Shown piece after piece: positions 10,404 to 19,638 of a stretch of DNA of 64,000 bases. How positions within the stretch are numbered: position 1 is the stretch's first letter; every line of letters starts with the position of its first letter. Under the pieces are notes generated by a model that was not told the DNA's origin, did not search any database, and saw nothing but the letters and a program-made list of their open reading frames with translations. The stretch comes from a virus. Taxonomy: Duplodnaviria > Caudoviricetes. The DNA lies in the IMG/VR virus record IMGVR_UViG_3300043093_000048, positions 201,110-265,109 of that record, one strand, 5' to 3'. Position numbers and translations under genes: made by a program.

Positions 10404-13400
10404 ATGGCAAATATGAAATCTTCAAAACAGACAGCTAATCAAGCTACTAACAATCTTGATCCAAATATGAGTAAAATAGCTGAGCAAACAAGTGCTATAG
10501 CATCAAGCTTATCTCAACAAAGTAGTTCGATTCAAGCTTTAAAAGATTCTATATCTAGAAAAGAAGCTAGTGATGAAAAATCTAATAAACAAATTACTTC
10601 ATCATTACAAAATTCTGATAAATATATACTTTCTATTAATACTAATTTAAAAAATATGAATCAAACAATAAGCTCTATGTCAAGTGTTGTATCTAATATG
10701 ACAATGAATAGTAGTGCTACAGTATCATTGTTAGGTTCTATTCAAACAAGTTTAGTACAAATTACAAGCGTATTAGCAGCTTTTAGATCAGATTATTTAT
10801 TAGTAAGTAGTGGTAATAAAGCAGATGGTACAGGTTATTATGATATGAACCTCTTAAAAGAAATTGGCAGTTCTTTAAGAGGTGTTAAAAGTGCTGAATT
10901 ACAAAGACAAATTAGTTCAATTATTAAAGCTGCTAATTATGCTAATATGGCTTCTAATTCCGTTAGAAGTAAGCTTGGTAATAAAAATATGGCTAAAGAT
11001 GGTGATGAACCAACAGGTGCTATAGATAAATTATTAGGTGGTTTAACACAAGCAAAAGGTCTTGCAGGTTTAGGAGCATTTCTACAATTAGCTCCAGGAA
11101 AAGGAAAGGTTGGTAAAGCTTTAAATAAAATAGGTGGTAAAGCTGCTAATTTTGCACAAGCTGATACATCTAGTATAGGTGGATTACTTGAATCATTAAT
11201 GTCTGATAAACAAAAAGCACAAATTTTAGATCCTTTAAAAAGTTTAGGAATGGACTTAAAAGGTAAAAATGATCCTTTAAGCCAAATGCTTGCTTCTTTT
11301 ATGGATAAAAATGGATTATCAAAAGATAAAAAAGAAAAAGAAAAAGATCCTAATCTAGTTTGGTCGGCTTTAGCTCCTTTTGCAGATGATATTAAAGATA
11401 TGGTTGAAATGTCTTATGAAGGAGTTAAAAAAAGACCTAAAGCTATTCCTATATATGCTACACCTGTATGGGTGGTTAATAGTAAAGATCAAAATAATTA
11501 TGTAGATCATTCTAAAGGAACTAATGAAAAAGATTTACTTAATAAAAGAATTGATGAAATATTCCAAGGTGTTGCTAATAATACTAAAGATAAATTTGGT
11601 AATGATTTATTATCCATTAACCAAGGTGATAATGGTACAACATACTCTGGCGTATTAGCTGATAAATATAGTAAGGGTAAAAAAGCTGTTAATGCTAGAA
11701 ATGAATTAAATGATAAAAGAAATGCTGCTAATAAAAAAGTTTATGATAGAAATCATGAAGACTCTAGTTGGGTTGATGAAAATGGTAAAATACAAAAAGG
11801 TGGAGGAGATTTTAAACAAGCAACTGAAGAATTTAGCGGTATTAATGGTGCAGCAGGCAATTCTGGTATTTTAGGTGCAGCTGGTAGTTTATTAAGTGGC
11901 GATACTGAAGGAGCTTTGAATGTAGCATTACAAAGTATAATGAGTGGTGATGGTATCTCTGGTGCTTTTGGTTACGGTAAAGGTTTATTTAAAATGGGAA
12001 AAGCTGCTTTTGGTGGCATTAAAGGTTCACATAAAGGTGGTAAAAAAGGTAAAGGTGTAGATCCACGTAAAAAAAATGATAAAAACTCTTATGAAAATAG
12101 AGATGAAACTACTAATGAGCATGAAGTAACTCCTATTACTGCAGAAACTACTATTTTAAATGAAAAAGATACTAAAGAAGCTAAAACTAATAGAGATATT
12201 TTAACAGGACAAATTACTGTAGCAGGTGCTATTAATGCTTTAGTAGATATGAGCACACAAGAAAATATTTATTTAAGTCAAGCTGTAAATGATGGCAAAG
12301 TTGATCCAACTAAAGTTAAAAAATATCCAAGTTCTTTTGATAGTTTAATAAAATTAGCTTCTTCTTTAAAAATAGATAAAGCAGGTTTAAAAGCTATTAG
12401 TCAATTTAAAAAAGTTTCTGATTTAACTAAAGTTATTAAAAAACCTAAAAATAAAACTATGACAACTTCTGAATATTTTTATGGCAAAACTCCTGAAGAA
12501 TTAGAAGAAGAAAATAATGAAAAAGAAGGAGAAGAAAAGAAAGAAACTCCACTCGAAAAACTTATGAATAAAATTAATGACAAGAAAAAAGATATTACTG
12601 ATAAATTAAAGGATAAAGTTACAGGTAAATTAAAAGATAAAGTTATGCCTAAAGCTAAAGAATTAGGAAAAAAAGTATTAAATAAAGTTGAGAATAAGTT
12701 TGGAATGGCAGCAGGATCTGTAGGTAAAAAAATTAAATCTATGAAAGATATGAAAAAAAATTTTGAGGATAAAGTAGATAAAAAAGTAGATGCTGCTCTT
12801 GATAAAGGTATGGATTTAGCTGCAAAAGGTGCTAAAAAAGTTGGTGGTGCTTTAGTAGGTCTTGGTAAAAAAATGGCTAATAAAATGAAAAAGAAAAAAG
12901 ACCCAAATGCCGAACTTGAGAAAATGTATGAAGACCAATTAAAAGCTAAACAAGATGTTGGTGAAAAAGAAAAGGAAGCTGCAGAATATGCAGTAGCTAA
13001 AGAAAAGGAAGCTGCAGAAGATGCAGCAGCTAAAGAAAAAGAAACAGCACAGGAAATATCGGATGAAGAAAAGAAGGCTGCAGAAGAAAGAGAAAAAACT
13101 AGAAAAGAAAATGAAGAAAAGCTTAAAGAAAAAAGAGAACAAGCACAGAAACAAGAAATAGAACATGAACAAGCTGCTGCAGATGCTGAACTAGCAGTTA
13201 AAACAACAACTGCTGAAACTGAAGGAGCAGTTCAAGAAGCTGCTGCTACTGGTGAATCTGGTTTTAGTATTACTGGTGCTATTAAAAATGCTATAACAAA
13301 AGTTTCTGGTTTGCCATTGCCTGCTAAAATAGCATTAGGTGCTGCTGGTGTTGCTGCAGTAGGTGCTTTAGGAGCAAAGTTAATTAAGAAAATTAAAAAA

Positions 13401-16400
13401 ATGGCATCAGGCAAAGGTGGAAAAGGTTCTGGAGATTCTGGTGGCAGTGAAGCAAAAGCTTCAGTTAGTAAAGATGCTACAAAAGCTGCTAAAAAAGAAC
13501 AAAAGAAACAAGAAAAAGAACAAAAGAAACAAGAAAGAAAAGAAAAAAGAGAAAAAGCTAAAAAGAAAATAAAAAGAGGTGCAAGATCTTTTCTTAATAG
13601 ATTAACTGGTGGATTAACTGCTGCAAAAGTTTATGTAGATGAAAATGGTGATGTTTTAAAATCTAAAGGTGACGAACCAATCATGATGTTAGATGATAAT
13701 GGCGATGAAACAGACCAAACTTTAAATGTTAAAGATAGTGATGGTAAAAAGCAGTTTCTTAAAAGATTAATGAAAAGAGAATTTAAAATAGATAAAGGTA
13801 AAGCTCTTAAACAAGCTTTAAATAAAATTAAAAATAAAGCTAAAGAAAAAATAGAAGCTGCTAAAGAAAAAATATCTGAAGGTAAAGAAAATGCTAAATC
13901 TTCTTTAAAAAAAGGTCTTGGAATTGCAGGAAAAATAGGTCTTGGATTAATAGGTGGTCCAGGTGCTTTAATTGCAGGTGGTTTAGCTAAAAAAGCTATT
14001 GGTGGATTAACTAAAAAGAAAAATGAAAAAGCCGATAAATTAAATCAATTATTATTAATGTCATCTTCTGCTTATTTATTCATGGATTCTAAACTTCAAG
14101 AACAATTAGAAAATATTGAAAATAGTGATTTTGGTAAATTAATAAATGAAAATCCACAACAAGCTTCTAGCTTATTATTTAGTACTGCTGCAAGTAGTCT
14201 TAATAGTATAATTAGTGGTGTATCAGATGTTACAAGTGATTTATCGTCTGTTGTAAGTAGCTTAGTCGATAAGGTTACTGGTGATGATGAAGAAACTAAA
14301 GCTAAGTCTGCATATTCTTCAGACTTATCGGATGGCTCTTTCAGTGAAAGTGCTACAGTTGCTTATGCACAGATGAATGAACGTAATAATAATAATGAAG
14401 TATTAAACTCTTTTGCTAAAAGTATAGTCGGAACAGCTTCTACTGCTAGTGATAATGGTAATGCAATGACTACTTCTAAATTAGTTAATTCAGAAAGAAA
14501 AAATAATGCTGTAAAAATTGGTGTAGTAGATGGTGTGGCAGGAAGTTCAGCAACAGCTTCTAGCGGTAATGGTGGTGCAGGTGTCTTAGCTGCAACAGCT
14601 CAAGTCTGTGTAGCTTATAACAACGCAGGTATTACTGGTAAAGAAGGTGACTATAATCAAGATGGCTTAACCCTTGATATTAATGTTGGTGGGCAAACTA
14701 TTAATACTAGACCTGACTGTACTGGTTTGATTGATGCTGTACTTGAATATATGGGTTATGATTCTGAAAAAATGAATTCTCTTAAATTTAAAGAATGCTC
14801 AGGTATTAAAGACTCTTCTGGTAATATTTCTACAGACTGGACTCTTATTGATAGCCCTGAATTAACTGATATTCAAGCAGGCGATATTTGTATCGTAAAT
14901 AGTAATGGTAATCACCATGGTGAAATTGCTGCTGGTCCTATTGATGATAGTGGTACATTATATGGATTTAACTATGGTTGGGAAACAGGTATGAAAAGAT
15001 CAAATGCTGCTGCAGCAGAAGCTTTAGCAGGCACTGATTATTTAACTGCTTGTATTAACAATAGTTCTACAATTAATGGACATAAATATTATGACCGTAT
15101 TATTAGATATAATGTTGCTACAACTACTAACTCTAATTCATCTTCTTCTGCTTCTGTATCAGCAGGTATGTCAGCTGATACATTCTTTATTAATGATTTA
15201 GGATTAGATTCTTCTAATCCAACATCTAGAGGATTCTCTGCACATAAAGGTACTGACTATAGAGCAGCTTCTGGTACAGCAGTTCATACACCAACAGGTG
15301 GTACTGTTGTTAAAGCTACTAAGGATCAAGCATCTATTTCATCATCTATGGGTAGATATGTAATAATTAAAGATAATGATGGTAACTATTGGAGATATAT
15401 GCATTTTAGCGCTATACCTTCTGTTGCTACTGGAGATAGTTTAACACCTGGTCAACTTATTGGTTATTCAGGTGGAGATACTAGTGACCCTTATAGAGGT
15501 GATTCTACTGGAGCACATCTTCACGTAGACTTATCATCATCAAGCACAGTTGATGGCAAGAATAATAATATGATGGATGTACAAAAGTATACTTTAACTG
15601 GTAAAGGTAGATCAAGTAATAATCATATTTATCAAAGAGATTATTCTAATTATATTTATAATACCGATAAAGACTCTGAATTACAAACATTAGGTGACTC
15701 TGGTTGTGGACCTGCTGCAGCAACTGCTGTTAAAAGATATTATGTCGGAAGAGGTCTTAAGAAGTATGGTGGAGATAAAGAAGATGATACAACTACAACT
15801 GATACAACAACAGCAACTGCTTCTGAAGATACAACTGATACAAATACTGCAACAGATAGTACAGCAGATGCATCTACAACACAAAAAACTGCAACTGTTG
15901 GTGAATCAGTAACAGTTGTTGATGAGAAATTTAATCATACTTATGAATTAACTTTACAACAATGTCATATAGATGTATGGAATGGAATAAAAGCTGCAGG
16001 ACTTACTGACGAAGCTGCTTGTGGTGTTTTAGGTAACTTTCTATCAGAATGTGGTAGCGGTGACTGGAACGAAGAAGTTGCTAAAGGTAAAACAGGTTAT
16101 GGCGGTGGTCTTATGCAATGGACTCCTTATACTAAGCACCAAAATTGGTGTACTTCAAATGGTTATAGTGGTAAAGATACTACAATGGAAGCAAATATAG
16201 CTCATGTCGTTTATGCTTTACAAAATGAAGGTAACTTCTCAAATCCAGCAAGTGCTGATCCTTCTTTAGCTTCACAAGGTTATAATCCTGTAAGTTCTTA
16301 TGAAGAATTTAAAGCTTTAACTAGTGTAGAAGATGCAGCAGTTAACTATGAAAGAATTTACGAAGTATCATATAACTGGAATGGTAAAACTAGCGAAAAT

Positions 16401-17399
16401 GCACATGCTCTTGAAGATTGGGAAATGTATGATAGACCTAGAGTATATCACGCTATATGTTTCTATAATTTACTCTGTGGTACATATAAAGGCGGTACAA
16501 CATCAGGTTCTACTTCTGCTGTTTCAGGAAATCTTGGTTTAACTGGTTATATTAATTTAATTACAGATAGCGCAGTTGATGGTTCTTCATTATCTAGCTA
16601 TTTATCTGGTTCTAATATCTGGGATACATCTTCAAGTTCATCTTCAGATAGTAGTGATGGTAGTACAGATAGTAGTACAACTTCAACTGATAGTAATTCA
16701 TCTTCAGGGTCTGGTAGAGGAAAACGAAGATTTGCTAGAAGTCATAAAAGAAATGGAAAAGGTAAATATGGTTTTGGTATTACAAGTGAAGATTCAGTAG
16801 GATTTGCTAATACACACTTCGTTGCAGCAGGTAGTGATGATGATTCTTCAACAGATAGCACAACTTCTTCAAGTAGTTCTTCTAGTGATAGTTCTTCATC
16901 AGCATCTCCTTCAAGTAGTTCTTCTTCAAGCAGTAGTAGCTCATCATTAAATAATACATCAAGCAGTAGTACAAATTCATCTAATAATAATAGTAGTAGT
17001 TCTTCAAGTAGTAGTACTCCTTCTACAAATTCATCTAATAGTTCTTCATTAAGTGCAACAATAGATTCTTATATTAAAAATAAAATGACACTAACTGATG
17101 TAGATAGTAATGGTAATAAATCTTCAACTACTAATATATATACTAGTGATAATAAAACTACTTTAACAACTAATGGTAAAACTACTATAGTAATTTGTAA
17201 TAATTTTGCTGAAAAATCAACAACTGATTTAAGTAATATATTAACTAATTTTAAACGTTTAAATGGAACACAAAACAATGCATTAAAAGTATTAAACGCT
17301 ATTTCAGATTTAATTAAAGAAGAAAATACTAGCGAAGATGGAATAACTAAATTAAGATTAGATAATGATGGATTAGATTATATATTAAAAGGATTATAA
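10404..17399 (+). CDS. tail-associated polyprotein / lysin B (paralogue of 3774; NlpC/P60-like amidase, M23 peptidase, C39-like Cys half, phage-tail lysozyme)
   Basis: RPDCTGLI...GDICI...HHGEI (NlpC/P60/CHAP-like). HKGTD...YMH...STGAHLH (M23). YQRD...GDSGCGPAAA (C39-like N-half). AACGVLGNFLSECG...GLMQWT (phage tail lysozyme family). Confidence 0.8.
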   Translation: MANMKSSKQTANQATNNLDPNMSKIAEQTSAIASSLSQQSSSIQALKDSISRKEASDEKSNKQITSSLQNSDKYILSINTNLKNMNQTISSMSSVVSNMTMNSSATVSLLGSIQTSLVQITSVLAAFRSDYLLVSSGNKADGTGYYDMNLLKEIGSSLRGVKSAELQRQISSIIKAANYANMASNSVRSKLGNKNMAKDGDEPTGAIDKLLGGLTQAKGLAGLGAFLQLAPGKGKVGKALNKIGGKAANFAQADTSSIGGLLESLMSDKQKAQILDPLKSLGMDLKGKNDPLSQMLASFMDKNGLSKDKKEKEKDPNLVWSALAPFADDIKDMVEMSYEGVKKRPKAIPIYATPVWVVNSKDQNNYVDHSKGTNEKDLLNKRIDEIFQGVANNTKDKFGNDLLSINQGDNGTTYSGVLADKYSKGKKAVNARNELNDKRNAANKKVYDRNHEDSSWVDENGKIQKGGGDFKQATEEFSGINGAAGNSGILGAAGSLLSGDTEGALNVALQSIMSGDGISGAFGYGKGLFKMGKAAFGGIKGSHKGGKKGKGVDPRKKNDKNSYENRDETTNEHEVTPITAETTILNEKDTKEAKTNRDILTGQITVAGAINALVDMSTQENIYLSQAVNDGKVDPTKVKKYPSSFDSLIKLASSLKIDKAGLKAISQFKKVSDLTKVIKKPKNKTMTTSEYFYGKTPEELEEENNEKEGEEKKETPLEKLMNKINDKKKDITDKLKDKVTGKLKDKVMPKAKELGKKVLNKVENKFGMAAGSVGKKIKSMKDMKKNFEDKVDKKVDAALDKGMDLAAKGAKKVGGALVGLGKKMANKMKKKKDPNAELEKMYEDQLKAKQDVGEKEKEAAEYAVAKEKEAAEDAAAKEKETAQEISDEEKKAAEEREKTRKENEEKLKEKREQAQKQEIEHEQAAADAELAVKTTTAETEGAVQEAAATGESGFSITGAIKNAITKVSGLPLPAKIALGAAGVAAVGALGAKLIKKIKKMASGKGGKGSGDSGGSEAKASVSKDATKAAKKEQKKQEKEQKKQERKEKREKAKKKIKRGARSFLNRLTGGLTAAKVYVDENGDVLKSKGDEPIMMLDDNGDETDQTLNVKDSDGKKQFLKRLMKREFKIDKGKALKQALNKIKNKAKEKIEAAKEKISEGKENAKSSLKKGLGIAGKIGLGLIGGPGALIAGGLAKKAIGGLTKKKNEKADKLNQLLLMSSSAYLFMDSKLQEQLENIENSDFGKLINENPQQASSLLFSTAASSLNSIISGVSDVTSDLSSVVSSLVDKVTGDDEETKAKSAYSSDLSDGSFSESATVAYAQMNERNNNNEVLNSFAKSIVGTASTASDNGNAMTTSKLVNSERKNNAVKIGVVDGVAGSSATASSGNGGAGVLAATAQVCVAYNNAGITGKEGDYNQDGLTLDINVGGQTINTRPDCTGLIDAVLEYMGYDSEKMNSLKFKECSGIKDSSGNISTDWTLIDSPELTDIQAGDICIVNSNGNHHGEIAAGPIDDSGTLYGFNYGWETGMKRSNAAAAEALAGTDYLTACINNSSTINGHKYYDRIIRYNVATTTNSNSSSSASVSAGMSADTFFINDLGLDSSNPTSRGFSAHKGTDYRAASGTAVHTPTGGTVVKATKDQASISSSMGRYVIIKDNDGNYWRYMHFSAIPSVATGDSLTPGQLIGYSGGDTSDPYRGDSTGAHLHVDLSSSSTVDGKNNNMMDVQKYTLTGKGRSSNNHIYQRDYSNYIYNTDKDSELQTLGDSGCGPAAATAVKRYYVGRGLKKYGGDKEDDTTTTDTTTATASEDTTDTNTATDSTADASTTQKTATVGESVTVVDEKFNHTYELTLQQCHIDVWNGIKAAGLTDEAACGVLGNFLSECGSGDWNEEVAKGKTGYGGGLMQWTPYTKHQNWCTSNGYSGKDTTMEANIAHVVYALQNEGNFSNPASADPSLASQGYNPVSSYEEFKALTSVEDAAVNYERIYEVSYNWNGKTSENAHALEDWEMYDRPRVYHAICFYNLLCGTYKGGTTSGSTSAVSGNLGLTGYINLITDSAVDGSSLSSYLSGSNIWDTSSSSSSDSSDGSTDSSTTSTDSNSSSGSGRGKRRFARSHKRNGKGKYGFGITSEDSVGFANTHFVAAGSDDDSSTDSTTSSSSSSSDSSSSASPSSSSSSSSSSSSLNNTSSSSTNSSNNNSSSSSSSSTPSTNSSNSSSLSATIDSYIKNKMTLTDVDSNGNKSSTTNIYTSDNKTTLTTNGKTTIVICNNFAEKSTTDLSNILTNFKRLNGTQNNALKVLNAISDLIKEENTSEDGITKLRLDNDGLDYILKGL
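11037..11240 (+). repeat. 204-bp exact direct repeat, copy 2
   Basis: Identical by eye to 4371-4574. Confidence 0.9.
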
Positions 17400-17404
17400 T
17401 AAAA

Positions 17405-17439
17405 ATAAGCTTAAAGGAATCCATTTCCTTTAAGCTTAT
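17405..17439. terminator. long intergenic hairpin (terminator or processing stem)
   Basis: ATAAGCTTAAAGGAA/TTCCTTTAAGCTTAT stem with no clear T tract. Confidence 0.5.
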
Positions 17440-17470
17440 AATTAAATTTAAATTGAAGGGAGTAATTAAT

Positions 17471-18946
17471 ATGCCAGATAGTTTTACTGATACTTCTTCA
17501 GCTTTTGAAGGTACTGACTTAGAAACTGAAGGTTATGAAACTTTTTATTCAGAAGATAGTGAACATTCTAATGTTATTGACACTACTGATACTCAAGATT
17601 CAGAAGGTCTTACGACAACTGGACAAGCTATGTCTTCTCATATGGTAACAACTTTAACAGGTTCAACATTTAAGGGTATGGTATATGGTTATGATAATAA
17701 AGTATTTGGAATGCCTTATAAATATACAACTTTAGCAGATCCTTTAGCTAGAGTTTATCAATCTACTTTTGAATCAGATAATACTTGTATAGCATTTATT
17801 AAATTTGGAACACCTAATATTAATAGACTTTTATATCAAAAAATGTCAGCCGATACTACTGATGCTGAAAATTCATCATTTGGTATTGGCTCTAGTATCA
17901 TGCTAGGACTTAGATCTGCAGTAGACCCTGAGCATAAAGCCACGGATCAAAATTTAATTTCTTTTCATGAAGATATGTCTGAATTTATGAAATATGCTTC
18001 ATCTTCATTATCACAAGTTTATACATTATTAGACCTTCCAGGTTATTTCTCAGCAGATGATTCTTGGGATGTTTTTAATGATAATGGTTTTGCTTTTTAT
18101 TGTGTAAAAACTGGTTCCTTTCAAGAAGGTGTTTCAAATACTTATACTGAACCATCTATTATTTCAAGTATGAATGGTAAAGCTGCTGAAATGAGAGAAA
18201 ATTATCAGTTATATGGTACTTATGGAAATGTAAATACTGGTGGCTCAGCTACAAGTTGGTTAAATAATATTGCTACAGGTTTAGTTGAAAATATTACAAA
18301 TGCTATTGCAAGTCTTCCAATTGTTGGTTCTGTAGCATCTGTATTCATGACAACCAATAAAGGTTCTATGTCATATTATGGAAAAATATGGTCTGATTCT
18401 AAATCAGATAGATCAATATCAATGTCATTTAAATTTAGAACACCATATGGTAATAAATATGATATATTTAGAAATGTATTATTTCCATTTTTATTATTAC
18501 ACACAGCTTCAATCCCTAAACAAGATGGTAGATATAGTTATCAAGAACCTTTTATGATACAAGTAGATTTTCCAGGATGGTTTAGAGTAAATTGTGGTGT
18601 AATTACTAATTTATCATGGGTCAAAGGTGGAGATAATCAACTATGGAATAGTGATGGATTACCATTAGAATTAAGTGTAACAATGGCTATTGAAGATTTA
18701 TATCCTATTGAATTATCTTCAAAAAATATGACTGTTATTGCTTATAATTATGGTTTATTATCATTTCTAGAAAATTTAGCAGGATTAACTACAAGTGAAT
18801 GCTCATCCTTCTTAGGTGATGAAGCAATGGGTATTTATATAAAACAAAATTTAGCTAAATATGGCGGAACAATAGGTGGAACAATTCATTCTTATATGAA
18901 TGCAGCATTCCGTAGATTTACAGGTAGTTCATTTATGGGTTTTTAA
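17471..18946 (+). CDS. conserved jumbo-phage virion structural protein (baseplate hub / tube-initiator-like)
   Basis: Likely ATG at 17471 after GGGAG. Motifs IWSDS..RS..FRTPYG..., PFMI..G.F....G.I..LS..KG...W..DGLP..V...IEDLY recalled from phiKZ-like tail modules; follows the tail polyproteins. Confidence 0.55.
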   Translation: MPDSFTDTSSAFEGTDLETEGYETFYSEDSEHSNVIDTTDTQDSEGLTTTGQAMSSHMVTTLTGSTFKGMVYGYDNKVFGMPYKYTTLADPLARVYQSTFESDNTCIAFIKFGTPNINRLLYQKMSADTTDAENSSFGIGSSIMLGLRSAVDPEHKATDQNLISFHEDMSEFMKYASSSLSQVYTLLDLPGYFSADDSWDVFNDNGFAFYCVKTGSFQEGVSNTYTEPSIISSMNGKAAEMRENYQLYGTYGNVNTGGSATSWLNNIATGLVENITNAIASLPIVGSVASVFMTTNKGSMSYYGKIWSDSKSDRSISMSFKFRTPYGNKYDIFRNVLFPFLLLHTASIPKQDGRYSYQEPFMIQVDFPGWFRVNCGVITNLSWVKGGDNQLWNSDGLPLELSVTMAIEDLYPIELSSKNMTVIAYNYGLLSFLENLAGLTTSECSSFLGDEAMGIYIKQNLAKYGGTIGGTIHSYMNAAFRRFTGSSFMGF

Positions 18947-18964
18947 ATAATATTAAAAATTATC

Positions 18965-18976
18965 AACTTTTAATTA
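18965..18976 (+). promoter_or_regulatory. late-type promoter AACT-N6-TA
   Basis: AACT TTTAAT TA upstream of 19008. Confidence 0.55.
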
Positions 18977-19007
18977 TTAATAAAAAAGAAAGGTGTGAAT
19001 TTAAATT

Positions 19008-19622
19008 ATGTTTAGAATTCCTAGTAGTGCTTTACAGTACGAAAAATATATGAGATTATTAGAAGATGAACAACAAGCAGAAGATCCTAATGCAACTCAA
19101 GATCCTAATGCTCAACAACCAATGGATGATCCTAATGCCCAGCAACAAGCAGAAGATCCTAATGCTCAACAACCAATGGATGATGGTACACAAGGAGCAG
19201 GTGCAACTCAGCCATCAGGTATTGAAAATGCCCAAACACCAGAAGATGCTTATGAAGCAGGTTTAAAAGAAATTCAAAATACGATTGCTACAACAGGTAG
19301 AAAAAGATATCAAAGATATAAATTAAATGGTGGTAAAGATAGTTGGGAAATATTTAGAAAAAATCTTGAAGATTCTTTAAAGCAAGAACTTGAAGATGAT
19401 TGTAAAGAGATGTATGGATATAACCCAGGAAAAACTACTGAAAAAGATATTTTATTAATGATTAAGAATGGTATAGATCAATTAAATCAAGCTATGCAAG
19501 CAGGTATGGCACAGGATCAGCAACAAGCAGAAGATCCTAACGCACAACAAGCTATGCAAGAAGCATATGATTATATTGCTGAAAGAAGTTATAGAAATTA
19601 TATGAGAAAGAATAGATTCTAA
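19008..19622 (+). CDS. hypothetical late protein with QQAEDPNAQQ repeats (putative head-internal protein)
   Basis: AAAGGTG RBS; internal peptide repeats; RYQRYKLNGG module shared with other small late proteins; LLED site near the N-terminus. Confidence 0.7.
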   Translation: MFRIPSSALQYEKYMRLLEDEQQAEDPNATQDPNAQQPMDDPNAQQQAEDPNAQQPMDDGTQGAGATQPSGIENAQTPEDAYEAGLKEIQNTIATTGRKRYQRYKLNGGKDSWEIFRKNLEDSLKQELEDDCKEMYGYNPGKTTEKDILLMIKNGIDQLNQAMQAGMAQDQQQAEDPNAQQAMQEAYDYIAERSYRNYMRKNRF

Positions 19623-19638
19623 TAAGGAGGTAATTAAA

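Noticed and set aside
4110-12050. Diversity-generating retroelement TR/VR pair
   Set aside because: Differences between the repeats are mostly synonymous C/T changes, not adenine-specific; both copies are mid-gene and no reverse transcriptase is in the window.
5075-17278. Many short hydrophobic or low-complexity ORFs (e.g. 5785-6105, 5847-6137, 9769-10182, 12939-13172, 15690-15884)
   Set aside because: Antisense or alternate-frame shadows of K/E- and S/T-rich regions of the two large tail genes; no RBS or promoter support.
19066-19190. CRISPR-like repeated DNA (CAACAAGCAGAAGATCCTAATGC)
   Set aside because: In-frame coding repeats (QQAEDPNA) without unique spacers of regular length; no cas genes.
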